From Spirochaetota bacterium (GTDB lineage: Bacteria > Spirochaetota > UBA12135 > COTS27 > CBDBHE01), in the NCBI GenBank assembly GCA_965205605.1, contig CBDBHE010000007.1, positions 384,001 through 448,000 on the forward strand: a stretch of DNA of 64,000 nt, written 5' to 3'. The notes beneath the pieces were generated by a model. It saw only the letters and a program-made list of their open reading frames with translations, made no database searches and had not been told where the DNA came from. Made by a program: the position numbers and the translations under genes. Positions 58,686 through 64,000 of the stretch are shown here, in pieces. How positions within the stretch are numbered: the stretch's first letter is position 1; every line of letters starts with the position of its first letter.

Positions 58686-59027
58686 TTAGCCAATGGCTTT
58701 TTGTCCTTTTTCTCCCGTTCGTATGCGAATACATTCCTCAATAGAAGAAACAAAAATCTTCCCATCTCCTATCTTTCCTTTTTTAGCTCCTTTGACAATG
58801 GCTTTAATTGTTTTATCAGCAAAATTATCATTCACAACAACTTCTAAACGTACCTTTTCTAAAAGCATCATTTCTTCTTGAGCACCTCGATAACTTTCAA
58901 CAAACCCACCTTGTTGTCCGCAACCTAAAGCATTGGTAACAGACAAGTTTTTGATGTTGTTTTCAAATAAAGAAGCTTTAACAGCACCTAAATTTCCAGG
59001 TCTAATGTAAGCAACAATTAATTTCAT
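58686..59027 (-). CDS. glnK: P-II nitrogen regulatory protein
   Basis: MKLIVAYIRP, YRG T-loop, GKIGDGKIFV, IRIRTGE; follows amtB; SD AGGAGG. Confidence 0.93.
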   Translation of the reverse strand: MKLIVAYIRPGNLGAVKASLFENNIKNLSVTNALGCGQQGGFVESYRGAQEEMMLLEKVRLEVVVNDNFADKTIKAIVKGAKKGKIGDGKIFVSSIEECIRIRTGEKGQKAIG

Positions 59028-59061
59028 TTTTTCCTCCTAACCCTTCTTAAAGGTTTTTTTT

Positions 59062-60375
59062 TTAAAATCTTCCTGAATAAGCTTCCATTGCATGCTCTGA
59101 AGCATCTAATCCCATCAATTCTTCTTGTTCAGAAACACGAACGCCTAAAATGATTTTTAAAATCATAAAAAGCACAAAAGCTGCAACAACCGTAAAAAGC
59201 CCATAAGCACCAACCCCTAAAAGTTGGATGATAAAACTATGGTTTTTACTAAAAAGACCGACTGCCAAAGTACCCCAAATACCACAAACTAAATGAACAG
59301 AAATCGCTCCTACTGGATCATCTATTTTTAAAACTGATTCAATAAAAATCACTGAAAACACAACCAAGACTCCAGAAACCAAACCAACCACACAGGCAGC
59401 AAAAATACTTAACACATCTGCTCCTGCTGTAATCCCCACTAAACCAGCCAAAGCACCATTAAGCACCATCGACAAATCAGGTTTTTTTTGTAATAATTTT
59501 GAAGTCATCGCCGCACCAACAATCCCACTAGACGCCGCTAAAGAAGTTGTCACACACACAAAAGCAATCACTCCCGCATCAGCTGATAAAACAGATCCAC
59601 CATTAAATCCAAACCATCCAAACCAAAGTAAAAAAGTCCCAATCGTAGCAAGAGGCAAACTATGACCTCGTATCGCCATCACAGACTCCCCATCATATTT
59701 GCCCATCCTCGATCCTAAAATAGAAGCACACACTAAAGCACCCCAACCCCCTACGGAATGCACCAACGTAGAACCAGCAAAATCATAAAATCCTCTCTGA
59801 TCCAACCAGCCTCCTCCCCATTTCCAACTTCCTAAAATAGGATAAATCAATCCAACAAAGAAAATAGAAAATATAAGGAAACTAGATAATTTAATTCTTT
59901 CTGCAACCGCTCCTGAAATAATCGTCGCCGCTGTTGCTGCAAACATCGCTTGAAAAAGAAAATCAGTATAATAACTATAACTTCCATCAGCGTAATCAAT
60001 CAAGCCTAAACTCCCTTTCGGACTCTCTATACCAAAGCCTCCAAAGCCAAACCAATTGGAAAAAATCCAGCTCTCTCCAGGATACATTAAGTTAAAACCA
60101 AGCAACGCATACGTTAAAATCCCTATCGAAAGAATTAAAACATTCTTAAACAAAATATTAACCGTATTCTTTGCTCTCGTTAACCCACTCTCTAAAGTAG
60201 AAAACCCTAAATGCATGATAAAAACTAAAAAAGCAGCTAAAAGAATCCAAAGATTATTCACTGTAAACATCGCCTCTTTAGCTAAATCTAACTCTTCCCC
60301 TGTTTCTGAAAAAAGAAAAGTAGATAAGATCAACCCCATTAAAAAAAGTTTTTTAATCATTCTCATAAAACACAA
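59062..60375 (-). CDS. amtB: Ammonium transporter
   Basis: FQAMFAAT, SGAVAER, DFAGSTLVH, WFGWFGFNGGS, DDPVGAISVH (twin His present). Confidence 0.97.
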   Translation of the reverse strand: MCFMRMIKKLFLMGLILSTFLFSETGEELDLAKEAMFTVNNLWILLAAFLVFIMHLGFSTLESGLTRAKNTVNILFKNVLILSIGILTYALLGFNLMYPGESWIFSNWFGFGGFGIESPKGSLGLIDYADGSYSYYTDFLFQAMFAATAATIISGAVAERIKLSSFLIFSIFFVGLIYPILGSWKWGGGWLDQRGFYDFAGSTLVHSVGGWGALVCASILGSRMGKYDGESVMAIRGHSLPLATIGTFLLWFGWFGFNGGSVLSADAGVIAFVCVTTSLAASSGIVGAAMTSKLLQKKPDLSMVLNGALAGLVGITAGADVLSIFAACVVGLVSGVLVVFSVIFIESVLKIDDPVGAISVHLVCGIWGTLAVGLFSKNHSFIIQLLGVGAYGLFTVVAAFVLFMILKIILGVRVSEQEELMGLDASEHAMEAYSGRF

Positions 60376-60424
60376 ACCTCCATTATAAAAAATTTCTTTT
60401 TAAAAAACTACTTGAAATACTATT

Positions 60425-60441
60425 ATCAAAATTAATGCCAA
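60425..60441 (-). promoter_or_regulatory. Candidate sigma54 (-24/-12) promoter of amtB-glnK
   Basis: TTGGCAT-TAATT-TTGAT: GG-N10-GA, the -12 C replaced by A. Confidence 0.55.
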
Positions 60442-60558
60442 TATTATTAAAAAATAATTTAATAAAGCTTTATCCTCTCATATTCTTTTTTTAAATCAAA
60501 AAAATAATCCCTTTTTTAAAAATCCTTGTTTGATTTTATCTTTTTAGTTTAAAAAAAA

Positions 60559-60614
60559 AGACCAATAAATAATCTTTATGACTATTTTATAGTCACATGC
60601 CAATTAGTTGGTCA
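60559..60614. promoter_or_regulatory. Three tandem 17-bp palindromic sites, TGACYA-N5-TRGTCA type (candidate enhancer)
   Basis: Perfect TGACTA-TTTTA-TAGTCA at 60579-60595; imperfect copies at 60598-60614 and 60559-60575. Confidence 0.55.
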
Positions 60615-60647
60615 TTTTTATAAGTAAAGAAAATTAAAATAAATAAT

Positions 60648-61925
60648 TCATTGATTTCTAGTGTCGATAACGCGTTTAGCCTTACCTTCTGTGCGTTTGA
60701 GTGAGAATGGTTTGAAAAGGGTAAGTTTTGGAGAAATGTTTAAGGTGTTTTTTAAAGCAGATGAAATTTCTTTTTGAATGGTTTTATAATTGGTTTTATT
60801 GTGATGAGCGACTTCGGCTTTAATTTCCATTTCATCGAGAAAGTTAGATTGCTTTAAGTGAATTTCGTAATGGGGCATAAGACGCTGATCTTTTAATAAA
60901 ACACTTTCTATTTGAGAAGGGTAAATATTAATCCCTTTGACAATGAGCATGTCATCACTTCTACCCCTAATACGATCAATGCGTGTGTACAAAGACCCAC
61001 ACGAACACCTTTGAGGTAAAAGACGAGAAATGTCTCTTGTTCGATAGCGCAAGAGTGGAAACGCTTCTTTATGGAGAGAAGTAAAGACAAGCTCTCCCCA
61101 CTCTCCTTGAGGGAGAATTTTTAAAGTTTTGGGGTCAATAACTTCAACTAAAAAAGCATCTTCGCTGACATGGAGGCCTTTTTGAGCTTGGCACTCATAC
61201 GCAACTCCCGGACCTATCAGTTCGCTTAAACCATAATTATCATAAGCGGGGGCTTTAAAAAAATCTTGAATTTTTTCTCTCATTGCTTCACTCCAAGTCT
61301 CTGCCCCACACAAAACTCGTTTAACTGAAAAATTTTTTGCTGTTAATCCCAATTCTTTCGCTTTGTCACAAAGGTAAATCAAATAAGAAGGCGTCCCAAG
61401 TAATGTCGTTGCTTTAAAATCTTTCATTAACTTTAGCTGCCTTTCGCTTTGACCACTTGAAACCGGTACCACACAAGCTCCCAAATCTGTGGCTCCTTGA
61501 TGAAATCCAAGCCCCCCTGTAAAAAGACCATACTGAAAAAGAATATGCACCACGTCATTTTTCCCAACACCCACTTCTTTCATAAGACGTGCTGTTAGTT
61601 CTTGCCAAAGCATTAAATCTCTTTTAGTGTAACCGACAACCAAAGGATCCGCTGTACTACCGCTAGTGGCATGAAGGCGAATAATTTTCTCTAAAGAAAC
61701 ATTAAAAAAACTAAAAGGATAACTTTTTACAAGATCTGCTTTAGTTGTAAAGGGAAGCTCTCTTAGATCAACTAAAGATTTAATGGTTTTCAGATTAACG
61801 TCTTTAAGATGTTTGAAATAAAAAGACTTACTTTTTTTTAATGCTAAAAGAAGGTTAAAAAAAATTTGTTTTTGATAGGTTTGTAAATCTTCTTTTTCTG
61901 TAAATGGGATCTGATTTAAAATCAT
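60648..61925 (-). CDS. paaK: Phenylacetate--CoA ligase family protein
   Basis: LPFTTKADL, HATSGST, YGLFTGGLGFH, YGLSELIGPGV, RYRTRD, GRSDDMLIVKGIN, GKAKRVID. Confidence 0.92.
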   Translation of the reverse strand: MILNQIPFTEKEDLQTYQKQIFFNLLLALKKSKSFYFKHLKDVNLKTIKSLVDLRELPFTTKADLVKSYPFSFFNVSLEKIIRLHATSGSTADPLVVGYTKRDLMLWQELTARLMKEVGVGKNDVVHILFQYGLFTGGLGFHQGATDLGACVVPVSSGQSERQLKLMKDFKATTLLGTPSYLIYLCDKAKELGLTAKNFSVKRVLCGAETWSEAMREKIQDFFKAPAYDNYGLSELIGPGVAYECQAQKGLHVSEDAFLVEVIDPKTLKILPQGEWGELVFTSLHKEAFPLLRYRTRDISRLLPQRCSCGSLYTRIDRIRGRSDDMLIVKGINIYPSQIESVLLKDQRLMPHYEIHLKQSNFLDEMEIKAEVAHHNKTNYKTIQKEISSALKNTLNISPKLTLFKPFSLKRTEGKAKRVIDTRNQ

Positions 61926-61932
61926 AAATAGC

Positions 61933-62673
61933 TTATTTTTTTAAAAAAAAATTTTCTTCAAATCCATTTAAAATTCCTTCTTTAATCTTTATTTTTTCTT
62001 TTTTATTTAAGGCTGACTGTTTACAAAAAACAAGACTGCCATTTTGAAAGATATAAATATGATGGGTCCAATTTAAAAGATTAAAATAATCTTGTTCAAC
62101 GAGCAAAATACCAAGACCTTCTCTTAAGAGCTGTTGAATAATCCTTTCAATCATTTTTTGAAACTTAGGAGAAAGACCTGTCATTGGCTCATCTAAAATC
62201 AAAAGCTTAGGAGAGGTCATTAAAGCTCTTCCTATGGCTAAAATTTGTTGCTGACCTCCTGAAAGATTGCCAGCGAGTTGATTTTTTTTGTCATAAAGCA
62301 GAGGAAATAAATGATAAACAAAATCAAAATTACGTGCTCTTTTCTTCCTATCAAAGTAAAACACGTAAGAACCTAAAAACAAATTATCTAAAACACTAAG
62401 GTTAGAAAAAATTTCTTTACTTTCTGGTACAAAACTAATTCCCTTTATAATAAGGTCTCTTGGAGTACTTCCCAAAATATTTTTTTTATTAAACACAAGG
62501 AAGCCTTTAATTTGGTTTTCATTAAGATGGCCTGTAATTGTTTTTAAAAGCGTTGTTTTCCCTGCTCCATTATTGCCCAAAATAGAAACCATCTCCCCTT
62601 TTTTGACCCTAAGAGAGATTTTTTTAAGTGCCACAAAAGCACCATATCTGACATCAACTAAAAGATCCAACAC
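61933..62673 (-). CDS. livF: Branched-chain amino acid-type ABC transporter ATP-binding protein
   Basis: GNNGAGKTT, LSGGQQQ, LDEP, LVEQ. Confidence 0.9.
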   Translation of the reverse strand: MLDLLVDVRYGAFVALKKISLRVKKGEMVSILGNNGAGKTTLLKTITGHLNENQIKGFLVFNKKNILGSTPRDLIIKGISFVPESKEIFSNLSVLDNLFLGSYVFYFDRKKRARNFDFVYHLFPLLYDKKNQLAGNLSGGQQQILAIGRALMTSPKLLILDEPMTGLSPKFQKMIERIIQQLLREGLGILLVEQDYFNLLNWTHHIYIFQNGSLVFCKQSALNKKEKIKIKEGILNGFEENFFLKK

Positions 62674-62675
62674 AC

Positions 62676-63425
62676 TTAAACTCCCAAATACAAATCCATC
62701 ACTTCTTTTCTTTTAAAAATAGTTTTAGGGCTTTCTTTTAATAATACCCTTCCTTCATAAAGAAAAATCGCTTGATCACAAAGTCTTTTAATAAAGTTGA
62801 CATCATGGTCAATTAAAACAATCCCCATATATTTTGTTTTTTTAATTTTCAAGAGCATCTTAAGAAAATTTTTTTTTTCTTCCACATCCATTCCCGCTCC
62901 GACTTCATCTAAAAGTAAAAATTTAGGTGAATTCATAAGCGCTCGAGCCACCTCTACTTTTTTTTTTTCTCCAAAAGATAAAGTAGACACATGTTTATTT
63001 TTTAATGAATCCAATTGTAATGAAGAAAGGATATTTTTTGCTTTTAAAAAAAGATTTTTTTCTTCTTGTTTAAATTTTTTTGTTCTTAAAAAAGCTGAAA
63101 AAACTCCATAATTCACACTCAATTGACCCCCAAATAAAACGTTGTCTAAAATAGAAAAATGATCAACAAGCTTAGGAGTCTGAAAAGTCCTGCTTATGCC
63201 TTTGCGTGCAATTTGATGCTGTTTTTTTGGTAGCTTTTTATTTTCAAGCCAAATCTTCCCAAAAGAATAATCACAAAGTCCTGTTATCACATTAAACAAA
63301 GTTGTCTTTCCAACTCCATTGGGACCAATAATAGCGGTTATTTTTTCATGCTCAAAAGTAACGTTCAAGTTTTTTAAAACATGGTTGCCCCCATAAGAAC
63401 AATGAATATTTTCAATGCGTAACAT
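62676..63425 (-). CDS. livG: Branched-chain amino acid-type ABC transporter ATP-binding protein
   Basis: GPNGVGKTTLFN, RTFQ, LSFGEKKKVEVARAL, LDE..AG, IDHD. Confidence 0.9.
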   Translation of the reverse strand: MLRIENIHCSYGGNHVLKNLNVTFEHEKITAIIGPNGVGKTTLFNVITGLCDYSFGKIWLENKKLPKKQHQIARKGISRTFQTPKLVDHFSILDNVLFGGQLSVNYGVFSAFLRTKKFKQEEKNLFLKAKNILSSLQLDSLKNKHVSTLSFGEKKKVEVARALMNSPKFLLLDEVGAGMDVEEKKNFLKMLLKIKKTKYMGIVLIDHDVNFIKRLCDQAIFLYEGRVLLKESPKTIFKRKEVMDLYLGV

Positions 63426-63999
63426 AAAATTTTCTTAAAATTGTTTTCTTAAAATCAAACAGATATTTTTTTAAATGATAAGGAGAAATTTTAAAAAATA
63501 AAAGAATAAAAAAGCTATAAAACAATAATTCAAAATCTTCAAAAGTTCTCAAAAGTTCGGGTAATATGGTAAAAAAAGCACACGCCAAAACACCTCTATA
63601 AATAGAGGTCATCCCTCCAAGCACAACACAAACAATAAAAAAAATAGAACTTTTTAAATCAAAATCCTCCGGCCCCACATACCCTAAAAATCCTGCTTGC
63701 AAACCACCCGATATCGTTGCTAATAAACAAGCCATAACAAAAAAAACGACTTGATACCCATACGCATTAATCCCTAAAGATTGTGCTAGCATTTTATTTT
63801 CACCAATGACAATTAGATTTCGGCCATAACGACTTTTTAAAAAACGTTCATAGCTCCAAACAATGCATAAAACCAAAACCCAAGTAAAGTAAAAAATTAT
63901 AACCGGACTAATCAGTTTAAAAGAAAACAACGTCACCTTAGGAATATCTCCTATCCCTTCCGAACCTCCTAAAAAATCACTCCCCCGAAGAAGATGTTG
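63412..63999 (-). CDS. livM: Branched-chain amino acid-type ABC transporter permease (5' part outside the window)
   Basis: Frame open to the window edge (LGGSEGIGDIP); SRYGRNL, AQSLGIN, VVLGGM, LPELLR. Confidence 0.88.
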   Translation of the reverse strand, partial: QHLLRGSDFLGGSEGIGDIPKVTLFSFKLISPVIIFYFTWVLVLCIVWSYERFLKSRYGRNLIVIGENKMLAQSLGINAYGYQVVFFVMACLLATISGGLQAGFLGYVGPEDFDLKSSIFFIVCVVLGGMTSIYRGVLACAFFTILPELLRTFEDFELLFYSFFILLFFKISPYHLKKYLFDFKKTILRKFYVTH

Positions 64000-64000
64000 C

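Noticed and set aside
301-63111. Many 60-150 aa ORFs antisense to or nested in recognised genes (e.g. 8241-8537, 21095-21460, 30120-30545, 50110-50562)
   Set aside because: Shadow frames of conserved genes; no motifs or independent expression signals

Overview
AT-rich bacterial chromosomal segment, most likely from a deep-branching Spirochaetota lineage. This is inferred from the spirochaete-type RNAP omega, S12 'RVMT' and S19 'IKTYSR' signatures, and a Leptospira/plant-type H+-PPase. Standard genetic code. No CRISPR array, rRNA, IS or prophage seen. Left to right: (1) a five-gene catabolic operon of unknown substrate (Nramp-fold transporter lacking the metal motif, MLE-type enolase, Gfo/Idh/MocA oxidoreductase, DUF993 aldolase-like protein, xylose-isomerase-like TIM barrel); (2) putative outer-membrane protein, hppA, a motif-less M23 protein, a rhomboid and an orphan; (3) a contiguous str-S10-spc-alpha ribosomal superoperon (no rpsD/adk/map) ending in a strongly diverged rpoA, then rplQ-dksA-priA; (4) nadK and yajC-secDF-gmk-rpoZ-miaA-manC-moxR; (5) SPFH, an NTP-transferase-like/diacylglycerol-kinase fusion, NUDIX, hemF and a DDxxD-less prenyl synthase; (6) a nitrogen and amino-acid block: cutA, gltDB, larB, a PMI-like cupin, tRNA-Pro(GGG), leuA-accB, amtB-glnK with a candidate sigma54 promoter and enhancer palindromes, paaK and livMGF. 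Best leads: the RpoA that has lost most CTD DNA-binding and beta'-contact residues (possible two-alpha RNAP), the orphan catabolic operon, and several intact but catalytically degenerate enzymes. All assignments come from motif recognition by eye; no searches were run.
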